The notes beneath the pieces were generated by a model. That model saw only the letters and a list, made by a program, of their open reading frames with translations. It ran no database searches and was not told where the DNA came from. DNA of 63,099 nucleotides, counting the filler, from Globobulimina sp. (Eukaryota), in the NCBI GenBank assembly GCA_003354225.1. It is 37 parts of 37 records of this genome, joined end to end, with 100 filler letters (N's around TTAATTAATTAA, not from the genome) between each part and the next. Parts side by side here need not be neighbours in the genome. Positions count along the whole stretch, not along the records: positions 22,215 to 23,822 come from PIVH01014163.1; positions 23,923 to 25,530 come from PIVH01014164.1; positions 25,631 to 27,238 come from PIVH01014165.1; positions 27,339 to 28,946 come from PIVH01014166.1; positions 29,047 to 30,654 come from PIVH01014167.1; positions 30,755 to 32,362 come from PIVH01014168.1; positions 32,463 to 34,070 come from PIVH01014169.1; 30 more parts are not named here. One strand, given 5' to 3'. Positions 23,667 through 34,170 of the stretch are shown in pieces. The first letter of the stretch is position 1, and each line of letters begins with the position of its first letter. Made by a program: the position numbers and the translations under genes.

Positions 23667-23922
23667 GCTTAAACACAAATGTATGACAAAATTAAAACGT
23701 TGTAGCAACTCTAAAAACACACTACTACAGAATGGGTTCCTCCTGTACTGCATTGAAGGTGCATGGCAGTCGTTACAAGCGTGCTCGACCCCGATCCGGG
23801 AATCTTCCCACGGGTGAATATGNNNNNNNNNNNNNNNNNNNNNNNNNNNNNNNNNNNNNNNNNNNNTTAATTAATTAANNNNNNNNNNNNNNNNNNNNNN
23901 NNNNNNNNNNNNNNNNNNNNNN

Positions 23923-24336
23923 ATGGTCTCTTACATCATTTTGAGGTTTGTTATAGAGACAAAGAGTCAGTTTGGGCAAAAACCTCAGAGGTCTGAATGT
24001 CTACGAAAACTGTTTTTTGAATCTGATAGTGGTTGCAGAAGATTGCACAATATTAGGAGAGAATGTCTGATGATAAGTGTTATTGTACATGTCAACAATG
24101 AAGATGCAATTCGCTGTGAAATGGAAGAAGTTCCAGTTGTGAGTAGTATATTTATGATTCTACATAATCCACGTCTACGCGATGGTAACGATGTGCATTA
24201 TTTGGATGAAGATGTTTTATATCCGGCACAAGATTGGCTTCGAAGTGCGAGACAAAGGTTATTGGGATTGTCTCTTCTTAAAATGCTAAAATCAGAATTA
24301 TTGAGTCAAAGTATAAAAATGGTTGATAATGAATAA
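23923..24336 (+). CDS. Hypothetical protein, possibly 5' partial
   Basis: 137-aa ORF at the contig edge. Confidence 0.3.
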   Translation: MVSYIILRFVIETKSQFGQKPQRSECLRKLFFESDSGCRRLHNIRRECLMISVIVHVNNEDAIRCEMEEVPVVSSIFMILHNPRLRDGNDVHYLDEDVLYPAQDWLRSARQRLLGLSLLKMLKSELLSQSIKMVDNE

Positions 24337-25002
24337 AATATGAATCTCTTGCCTGACAAAACTGTAACTCGTCATCTGCTCATTACTCATAAATTAATAT
24401 ATGCGATTTGGTTTAATTTGTTTACAAAGTAACTTTAATTTTTTTTTACAAAGTAACAATTAAACGTTTTCGTACAAAAAAGTGGATGATGTGCTAGAAG
24501 TTACAAATTTCATGTCGGCGTGTTGTAGAATTATATCAATGAGACACAATATTAAGTCATTTAAAGCTAACATGTTTAGTGTACATTTATTTTCTCTTCT
24601 TCATGCTTCATTATATTTACATAATTTCAATTAGTAATTTCATACATTTTGTAGATGTTTTTATTTATTGGATTTTATTTGAATTGTATTTAATCGACAG
24701 AATAAAATGTAACGAACAACCATGCAACATTATGATCAGTTGATCTGCTGAAAACATATTTGGATAACGTCAGTAATATTTAAAATATCAAGAAATCTTT
24801 CACGAATTTAGTAATGGTAATATTGACATTTCAGTCAAAGCAAATAAATCAAAAATACAATGATCCATTTTCCGACTAATTAATGTAGATTTAATGGATC
24901 AGATGGTAATCATGGAGTGTTTCCGTTAAGTTCACTAAAAAACATTTACCTTGAAATAAAGTTTTTGAGTGAGTCAAAGAAGCAGAAGGATCCTAGCTAA
25001 AC

Positions 25003-25437
25003 ATGCCTGTAGTGTCGCACCGAACAGATTTTTGTTTGGTTCATCGATTAAAATGGAAGATTATTCCACCCCCAGCGGTAATCCCACCAAAGCCAGAGCG
25101 AATCATTCGCTTTGGAACGTATCGTCAAAGATTACAGAGATTTCCTAGGCCGGGAATTGTATTCCCAATGGCTGTCGTTGGTGCAGTGATAGTTAGTAAC
25201 ATATTCTATCAATATTATTCCAAACCGCGTCGAGAGAGATATCGATTATTGTACTTCTCAAATATGGCCGTTGATGAACCGGATAGTTATTTTGCCAGAG
25301 CGTGGAGTGAACAGCTCCCTGCTTTCCCCACCACCAAAGACGCCTATGACGATATGACATTTAGGAGAGATTTCGAGATCTTTAAGGATCCGCCATTGAT
25401 GCCATACGATGTGAAAGGGTGGGATCATACGGTATGA
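25003..25437 (+). CDS. Small single-TM protein, possibly a mitochondrial inner-membrane subunit
   Basis: 144 aa; basic N-terminus, one TM (GIVFPMAVVGAVIVSNIFYQYY), RRERYR after it. Confidence 0.55.
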   Translation: MPVVSHRTDFCLVHRLKWKIIPPPAVIPPKPERIIRFGTYRQRLQRFPRPGIVFPMAVVGAVIVSNIFYQYYSKPRRERYRLLYFSNMAVDEPDSYFARAWSEQLPAFPTTKDAYDDMTFRRDFEIFKDPPLMPYDVKGWDHTV

Positions 25438-25830
25438 CTAGGCCTATATAGCCACACTGTACTTGCGATTTTGCGTAACCTACAAAGCCAACACACACAA
25501 AAACCATATGCAGAAATTAAAAGGTATGGANNNNNNNNNNNNNNNNNNNNNNNNNNNNNNNNNNNNNNNNNNNNTTAATTAATTAANNNNNNNNNNNNNN
25601 NNNNNNNNNNNNNNNNNNNNNNNNNNNNNNTATGGCATTTAGCTAATTTAGTGCAGCGTGTTATATTTAAACATTTTTCCTTTGTATCTTACCCGTTGCA
25701 GTCCGTGGTATTTTTTGTTTGTGTCCGCTGTTGGTTTATAATACAGTAAACAATCGATTATGAAACTTTTTTATACTTCAATACTCTATTAATACATTTT
25801 TGTACTTCATTCCACATTTTTGTAAAAAAG

Positions 25831-26958
25831 ATGTTTTTCAACAGAAAACAACGTGTCACTTCAATAGATCTAATGGCTCAGGCAGCACTAGCAAGTGAAC
25901 AAAACAACCCAACACCTCAGCAAATACTCAATGAAACAACAAACACATCACATGATTGCAACCACACCAACGATACAAACAATACAAACGACACAAACGA
26001 GAATGAAAAAAAATCGCCCTCCTTAACACTAAATCAACATCACATTCAAATCGAAGGTTGGTTATTAAAAAAATCGCGTGTCTTAAAAAAATGGCGTAAA
26101 CGCTGGATGGTTTTAGCAGGCAATAAATTGTATTCTTACAAAAACGAGCAAGGATATTCGCAGAAAGCCAATGCCACAGAAATAATACATATAAATAACA
26201 TTGTGTCCATCACCAAACCTTCACAGGATAAGAAACATAGTTTTTCCATTGAATTAGATAAAAAATTAAGATTCATCTTAGCCGCAGACACCAACACATA
26301 TTGTGACTTATGGTTGCATGAACTGAATAAAATAATAAATTTAAACAGCTCCATGATGATAATGAAGGAAAGTGGTTTAAATGGGAAAATACTCTCTTTT
26401 GGCTGCAAACATTTGCGTCGAAATTGTTCTGTTTTATGCGGCTGTTGTAACAAATATTATTTTTGTTCCTATTGCCACGATTCTGCAGAAAGTGGATTTA
26501 TATCTGGCGGACATGAATTAGAGCGGAAAAATATCATTGCAATGAAATGCTGTGCGTGCGGTACAGAGCAGAAAGCAAACCAACATTGTATGAATGCAAA
26601 ATGTAAACAGAAAATGGCACACTATTTCTGCGGGAAATGCAAGTTTTGGGATAATGACCCTACGCATTTGTTGTATCATTGCGATAAATGTGGAGTTTGT
26701 CGGTCGGGCAATGTGGTGGATTATACACATTGTGATAAGTGCGGCGTATGTCTCTCGAAATTATTCTTTAAAAGTCATAAATGTTTGGAGGAATCGACGA
26801 AATGCGATTGTCCCATTTGTGGCGATTATTTGCATATTACGGATAAGCCGGTTACGTTTTGGAGTGGCTGCGGCCATGCCATTCATGTGAAGTGTATGGA
26901 GGAATTCTTGGTTTATGATACATTGTGTCCCATTTGTAGAGAACCATGGATGCCATAA
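25831..26958 (+). CDS. PH domain + CHY/CTCHY zinc finger + RING (Pirh2/RCHY1-like E3 ligase)
   Basis: EGWLLKKSRVLKKWRKRW...W; GCKHLRRNC...CSYCHD; CPICGDYL...CGHAIHVKC...CPIC. Confidence 0.92.
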   Translation: MFFNRKQRVTSIDLMAQAALASEQNNPTPQQILNETTNTSHDCNHTNDTNNTNDTNENEKKSPSLTLNQHHIQIEGWLLKKSRVLKKWRKRWMVLAGNKLYSYKNEQGYSQKANATEIIHINNIVSITKPSQDKKHSFSIELDKKLRFILAADTNTYCDLWLHELNKIINLNSSMMIMKESGLNGKILSFGCKHLRRNCSVLCGCCNKYYFCSYCHDSAESGFISGGHELERKNIIAMKCCACGTEQKANQHCMNAKCKQKMAHYFCGKCKFWDNDPTHLLYHCDKCGVCRSGNVVDYTHCDKCGVCLSKLFFKSHKCLEESTKCDCPICGDYLHITDKPVTFWSGCGHAIHVKCMEEFLVYDTLCPICREPWMP

Positions 26959-27183
26959 CTGAATAGAACAGATTACCTTATTCAGATTTGTATGATGTTT
27001 TTGTCGTAAAAATGTTTGCATTTCGTATTTATATTTGTCTTTGCCTTCGGATTTTGAGGGGTGTTTTTGTTTGATTGTAAAATTTAAAAAAGTTTTATTT
27101 GATCTCCAAATCAATTAATTCTATTATTTTAAACTTTTCTATGAGGATCATACTAAAAAACTTTCATGAAAAAAGTAAACTAA

Positions 27184-27238
27184 ACGATATATTCCAAAAG
27201 ATAACCCCCCCCTGGTCGATAAGTTGTATACATTTAAT
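27184..27238. mobile_element. MITE family A, left end truncated by the contig end
   Basis: ACGATATATTCCAAAAGATAACCCCCCCCTGGTCGATAAGTTGTATAC, preceded by TAA. Confidence 0.85.
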
Positions 27239-27349
27239 NNNNNNNNNNNNNNNNNNNNNNNNNNNNNNNNNNNNNNNNNNNNTTAATTAATTAANNNNNN
27301 NNNNNNNNNNNNNNNNNNNNNNNNNNNNNNNNNNNNNNCCGTAGTTTTA

Positions 27350-27776
27350 ACGATATCCCAAAAGATAACTCACCCCCACCCCTTTGTATACATTTGGTTC
27401 AATTATAATTTGTTGTAACTTTGGATGACTAGCTTACTTCGTGAAAATCTTAAAATCAATAGACATTTTTGCTTTATCGTAAAAATCTGTTTTTAAACAG
27501 AAAAAATCAGTTTTTTCCCTTAGAAAATAGATTTTCACGATAAAGCAAAAATGCCTAATGTTATCACCTCACAAAGAGATTAAGATTTTGCAAACCCAAG
27601 ACAAAGTTATAACAAACACAGAACAAACCCGAGACAAACATATAGAAAACAAAAACGTTTCTCAGATAATTGAATCAAACCTATATTTTCTGGATTTGCA
27701 AAGAGTTTCTCAGATAATTGAATCAAATGTATACAACTTATCGACCAGGGGGAGGGGTTATCTTTTGGAATCTCGT
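27350..27776. mobile_element. MITE family A, complete 427-bp copy with TTA target-site duplication
   Basis: TIRs ACGATATCCCAAAAGATAAC and GTTATCTTTTGGAATCTCGT; TTA at 27347-27349 and 27777-27779. Confidence 0.85.
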
Positions 27777-28227
27777 TTAGGGCTGCGGAACACACAATTA
27801 AATTCTGAATGTGTGTATCCAGTTTTATTTGTATACTGTACCTTATAGCAAAAGCGTTATCCCAACTTGTAAAGGAAAGAACACCGTCAGAGGAAAGAAA
27901 TGCTAACGCGTTCTACAAGTCATGCACAAGGCACCATTCTTCTTGTACATGAAATGTTGTAGAATTCTACAAGCTGCACCAATCTGAACTGTCTGGAAAT
28001 AAATCCCTCCGAACCAATCCCACTTTCATTTAGCGTCTCTGTGAATGTTTACTCACAGCTTTTTTGTAACCACTTCTTTAGTAGAAATTATGTAGCTTGT
28101 CATGATCAGTACAAACAAAAAATAGAAATCGAATAGAATAAAAATTGAAACATAATAACATTAAAACAGAATAACATAATAAAATAATAATATTTAACAC
28201 AGATACACGAGAAACATGAAATATAAT

Positions 28228-28929
28228 TTATTCTCCAACACGTTGTCCAATAACTTGTGTTGCAACACCTTTACATCTGGCAACTGCTTGATTAGCACAC
28301 GGACGATCCCATCGCATTTGACAACAAAACGGATCAACCGAACACACAGCTTGCTCACATTGCATATCATTGCTACATCCACCACTCCACATATTCTCAT
28401 TGGTACAACCACAACATATCGGCGCTGCTTCATCTTTACATTCTGCATTTGCTTGAATCACACATAATTCGTCCCATTCGCGATAACAACAAAATGAATC
28501 AACCGCACACACCGCTTGCTCACAGGCCCTATCATAACAACCCCAATGATGATGATGGATATTTAAACAGCCACAACAGGTCTTATAATTACTACATTCA
28601 CGTATGGCTGCATCAACACATGGACCACCTATATATATATTGTATATTGTATACATTATCGGTACAAATGTATATTTGTGTACAAATTAACCCCAATATT
28701 CCCTGCAACATCTTGCCATTCCATAACTTCTACTACATATTAACTCTTGACAGTTTGGATCATGTGGACATCCCGCTTCTCCATTTATTTGTAAACATTC
28801 ACAGCATGTATCATTTTCAGGAGCTGCTGGTTGTGTGGTTGTATAATTGGTATAATTGCCAGGTGGTATAAGACCTGATCTAACCAAAGCACAAATGTAA
28901 GCAATTGTTATATAAAATACTGTTGCCAT
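28228..28929 (-). CDS. Secreted protein with three Cys-rich GC..C...VC..D.FCC...WD..C repeats
   Basis: Signal peptide; intron 28629-28691 joins the two ORFs in frame. Confidence 0.85.
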
Positions 28930-29046
28930 TAGACTTGATCTAACTANNNNNNNNNNNNNNNNNNNNNNNNNNNNNNNNNNNNNNNNNNNNTTAATTAATT
29001 AANNNNNNNNNNNNNNNNNNNNNNNNNNNNNNNNNNNNNNNNNNNN

Positions 29047-30654
29047 AGTTATTTATGTTTATGTCAGATCGATAATAAAATTATAATTGAAAACAACATG
29101 CAGTGTACAATGACTCCAGTGCTTATACCTTTGGTGGAGAAGATTACGCATCGAGCCAATATATCATTAATATTCATGCATATGCGCACCAGACTACAGC
29201 TCATGCAATGAAATACCAAATACTTTCGTAAATTTATTCATTTTTATATGTAATTTTGTTGCAATCTGTATTCCGCAATCGAGAAAATACAAAATTACAT
29301 CGTAAAAATGTACGTCTATGGACTTTTGTTTGTTATATAAACAGTTTCAATGGCAACACCTTCAAGCAGTTGTCGTAGACGAGTTGATATTTATTGCGTG
29401 TGGCAGCATTCAAGATGAATTTCCATATTCATATGCTGATATCTATGTATTTGATCCCACAACAAATCAACTTCTGGGCCAGATCCCGGACAGTCTAAGT
29501 CGGGTTGATTCGCATATTCATTATCTGCCAGACTCAAAACAATTGGTATTCATCGGTGGCGAAAGTTGTGGAAGTAGCACATACTGCAGTTCAGGCAGTA
29601 CAATACTTATTTACACATTTTATGAACGTATGCATGTCTTGCATTTGTATCTTGTATTCCGATCATAAATATGCAATCAAATATTAAACATAGTAACTGA
29701 TTCACCTACATTGGCACAACCAACTACATCGCCAACTATGTTTCCAACAGCTGGGCCAACGGAAATTACAACATCACCAACAATGCCGCCGTCATTCCCG
29801 CCAACTACCACCGATCCGAGTTAAATATTATTTTGGCTTCTAAATGTTTTATTGTTTGGGTATTATGCAGCAAGTTCTCCAACAACCAATGTTCCCACTA
29901 CCTACACACCAACCACAAATGTACCAACTACGGATGTACCAACCACAAATATGCCCACTACAAATATGCCCACTACAGATGTACCAACCACTGCTACGGA
30001 GACATTAACTACAAATATACCAACAACGTTTGCGCCGACTACCAATGCACCAACAATATCAGAAGGAGTTGTAGTGGATACCACCGGAATTGATGAACAA
30101 GTGCAAGGTGAAAATAATGCTCCGTCGAATAGTACTTCTTCCGCTGGGAATTTGGTAATTTATGGTGTTGTTGGAGGTGTTTTAGTGATTGGAATTGTTG
30201 TTGCATTGATAATTTGCATATTAAAGAGAAAAAGGAAGCAAACGGAAGTTATTTCAGTCAGTAAACCTCGCGAATTGAGGGTAGTGCAAAGCTCAAGCGA
30301 TGGAAATAAGAAATTGCAAGAAGATGAGGATTTTCATTTTGGACAAATGTTGAATGATAAATCAGTGGCACATAAAGTATTGATGGATGATGTAATTGTG
30401 GAGGAGATCAATAATATAACACCGCTATATCCTCAAGAAAATGAAAATAATTCACAAGCAGAACCTGGTTTTTATCGAACTGAAACATTTGAAGTCAACG
30501 ATGATGAAGGAAACGATGCTAATATAACAGCAGGAAATGCTCCAAATGCAGGTGATGCGGATGATGGTATCGTAGAAATGGTGGATAATATGACAATAGG
30601 AAGTGATAAAAAAGAGAATTGGATCTCTCCGGAACACGACAAGGAAGTTGTGGT
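29047..30654 (+). CDS. Type I membrane protein: Kelch-like ectodomain + PTT mucin-like stalk + TM; multi-exon, partial
   Basis: YTFGGEDY and LVFIGGE Kelch-like motifs; PTTNVPTT repeats; TM VIYGVVGGVLVIGIVVALIICIL followed by KRKRK. Confidence 0.75.
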
Positions 30655-30754
30655 NNNNNNNNNNNNNNNNNNNNNNNNNNNNNNNNNNNNNNNNNNNNTT
30701 AATTAATTAANNNNNNNNNNNNNNNNNNNNNNNNNNNNNNNNNNNNNNNNNNNN

Positions 30755-30856
30755 CTTTTTTAACACATTTACCCGAATTGTGCAATGCCGTCCATTCCCA
30801 ATCTGTCCAAATCGAATTTCTTTTGTTTCGTCTTGTTTATCGTCATCGGACATTTG
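30755..30856 (-). CDS. N-terminus of a hypothetical protein, 3' partial
   Basis: MSDDDKQDETKEIRFGQIGNGRHCTIRVNVLKK running into the gap. Confidence 0.35.
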
Positions 30857-31347
30857 AATTGTCTTTCTGCCCTTGCCTTGTCGGCGACGCATGCGTTCTG
30901 TGACGAAATGCATTGACATGGTGTCATGCAAGAGGAATGTTTTGAGCTTGGGAATTTATGAAGAAGAATTTTCGAACTTTAAGAATTTCCGAAGTAGGAA
31001 TTTCCGAAATTTCAACGCAATTAATTTACTCTTGTCTATTATACACGCGGTTATTGCAATTACTACTGCAATCCACCAGAAATCACCATCAGTCACTTGA
31101 GCTGAAGTTGTCATTTTAAGAATCGATCACTTTTTGTTGCATGAAATTAAAACAACTGCGTAAGTTTTAATGATGACAGATCACTTGAATGAATTAAAAA
31201 AATACATTTAAAATCATGATCACAAACCAACGTAACAAATAAATGTAAATGTAATGACGAAGACATATTGAAAACAATATAATAAATTCGGAGAGAGAAA
31301 AACGTAAAAATATATATAATAATGAAAAACCATAATAGCAATATCTA

Positions 31348-32362
31348 TCAATGAAATATGCCATTATTATCAACATATTCTTGAACCCAATCACACAGAT
31401 TTTGTTTATAATTATTCTTTGTAAAATACAATTTATACAAATGATCTTTTCCTTGAATTTCATTTCCTAAATCATCCATAACGTGAACACTCTCAATTTT
31501 ATGTTGTTTTCTCCCAAAACGTCGGACACACCAAACTGCCACATGTTCGATAGACGCCTTGATTTTATCTGCCTCAATTTCTGGCTGATCATAAGTACCA
31601 CTCACTGGCAAATACAAAAACATTTAAAAAAAAAAATCATTTTTTATCACGTTTCATATTACAGACTTGGCATAAAAAATGATTTTGTTTTAAAATATAA
31701 AAGAATGAGAACCTAATTGATATAATTTTATTTTATATATAATCACAGTTAATGTTAATAAAGAGACAAATTGTGAGGAAGATAAGGATTGAGATTTAGG
31801 GAATTTATTAAATAATTCCTCCACAGCTAAATCATCTATGTACAGATTAAAAAAATGATAAATATGTCGGATTTAACCATAAATATTTGAGAAACCTAAG
31901 TGTTGCCTTAAAAACGATAAGAAGCCAAAATATAAAATTTCATCTTTTTCTTCAATTTCCACCGTTTTAATGCATAATAATAATGATTGCGCTCTGGCGC
32001 CTTCTGAGTTTAATATAGCAATTTGTGTTGAAACCGAATTGTATTTCCTTTTTTTGCTACGTGGACGTGGTGATGTATATTTTTTAGTATTTGGCGTAGA
32101 TTCTAACTGTAATGCAACACTTCGGTGCTTGCGGTGATTGCTATGGTGATTGTTATGGTGATTGTTATTAATTTCTGTGATGTCTTCGAGAAACGTTTGC
32201 ATCAATGTATCATATTCGCGTTGATAGTTTTTATTTAAATCAAGTGCGTGCTGTTGGTATATTGTCAATGCAGTGATTACTTTATCTGTTGGAATTGGGG
32301 TATATTCACCTTCCGATTTAATCGTAGCTATAGTACCAGGTTGCGGCGACTTTCTTTGTTGA
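31348..32362 (-). CDS. Hypothetical multi-exon protein, partial
   Basis: ORFs 31873-32268 and 31348-31623 separated by T-rich intron-like DNA; NLS-like RPRSKKRK. Confidence 0.4.
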
Positions 32363-32550
32363 NNNNNNNNNNNNNNNNNNNNNNNNNNNNNNNNNNNNNN
32401 NNNNNNTTAATTAATTAANNNNNNNNNNNNNNNNNNNNNNNNNNNNNNNNNNNNNNNNNNNNGATGGTCGTGATAGCTTCTGTCGTCATGCTTCAAAAGT
32501 TTTAGTTCAGAAAACTAACCAAGTGCAGTGTGTTTTGACTGTTTTCCACA

Positions 32551-33468
32551 ATGCTGCAGAGTAAAGCAAGGACTCGTCCTGCAATTGACGTTTATTTAGA
32601 TAAATTAAATGAAAATGAAGACATATTAAGTGAATTATTGGATGAAATCTACGATGACGATACATCAAACGAAGACTCATCGAATGAAAGTGTTAAATTG
32701 CCTGAAAATGAAGCTATTATTGATGAGATTTTGGATGAAATTGAAGAGAAAAATGACACATTTGAATTATGGGTGAAGAAGCAATGGAAAATGGGATCCA
32801 AAGTTGAGGTTTTGTCGTCGTCGTCGAGTGATAGCTGGTTTGAGGCAAAAGTAGTTGGAATATTTAATGATTCCTCGGGAGAATGGTTAGAAGTGCAATA
32901 TGTGGCGGATGAAAAGTTGAGATTAAAACGTATTCGTCGAAGTGATACGGCTGCAATCCGACCATTATCAAAAGCAATGGGAATATATCAGTATATATAT
33001 AACTCCATTCTTAATAATACAAATATAAAAACAGAAGAAACGGAAGCGTTGCCAATACAAATTATCCCGCAAATAATGCATAATTATCGAGAAAAGGAGA
33101 AGAATATGGCTGTAAAATCCTATTTAATTATTGATTGCCGAAAAGACGAAGAAATCGCAAATGAGGCAGTATTATCAGATACTTACAATGATTGGATCCA
33201 TATTCCAATGCAAGATATTTTGGATAATGCAAAATCCAAATCGTATATGACCTGTTTGACAGACTGTAATAACACTAAAATTGAGCATTTATTTGTTTTA
33301 TGACGAACAGGAAAAAGAAGCGATACCGTTGGCAAACATTTGTTGAAAATCGAGATTGGAATTAGTAATATCTACAATGTGGTTGGTGGCATCATTAGAT
33401 ATTATAAAGATGTTTTCAATCAAGATGTTAGCTATGAAAATAAGAAAGACGGTCAATGTAATTTATGA
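32551..33468 (+). CDS. Agenet/Tudor-like + rhodanese domain protein with an in-frame TGA at the catalytic Cys (candidate selenoprotein)
   Basis: WKMGSKVEV...WFEAKVV...WLEVQY; YLIIDCR...HIPMQDI...LFVL-TGA(33301)-RTGKRS...NIYNVVGGIIRY; frame continues 54 sense codons past the TGA. Confidence 0.8.
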
Positions 33469-34170
33469 TAAATCAATGTCTAATCATTTAATTTCTAAAT
33501 TGATTAGACAGTCGCTCACTGTTTAACGTATAATTGTTGTTTGTAAAATATTGAGATAAATTGGTTCAAATATATTTGTACATATTGGAGATAGTGACGA
33601 ATGTGACGGACGGATATATCTTATTTGTCTGACATTGTTCTGAATTGTATACACGTAATATGTTAAAATATTGTCAATTTGGACTTGTAAAATATCTGTG
33701 TTTTTGTAATGAATTAATTAATTTATCTTATCTCTTTTCTTTCTCATTCTCGTAAAAAAAAATACTTTCACTGTAGATTGGTTTGGAAGGATCTGGTTTC
33801 AGATTATCCTCGCACACAAGGAATATGTCGTAAACTAGTCTTCATCTTTGCAAGGCGTTCATAATTCTAAATATCCAATATTATATTATGGATTTGTTTT
33901 AGACAACTTTCGCGAGATTTGACAAGGTGGAACCTTATTTAAATTGCTATCTCCATTTGTATACCTCTGACTATATTTTGCATGCGTACAAACGGAAACG
34001 GATCAATATATAATAGATGTAAATAAGTGAATAACTTGTTTTTTTTTTTTTAATGGCACAAACAGTTTTTNNNNNNNNNNNNNNNNNNNNNNNNNNNNNN
34101 NNNNNNNNNNNNNNTTAATTAATTAANNNNNNNNNNNNNNNNNNNNNNNNNNNNNNNNNNNNNNNNNNNN

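Noticed and set aside
27558-27848. Short ORFs at 27099-27290, 27558-27848 and 27607-27795
   Set aside because: Translations of MITE sequence
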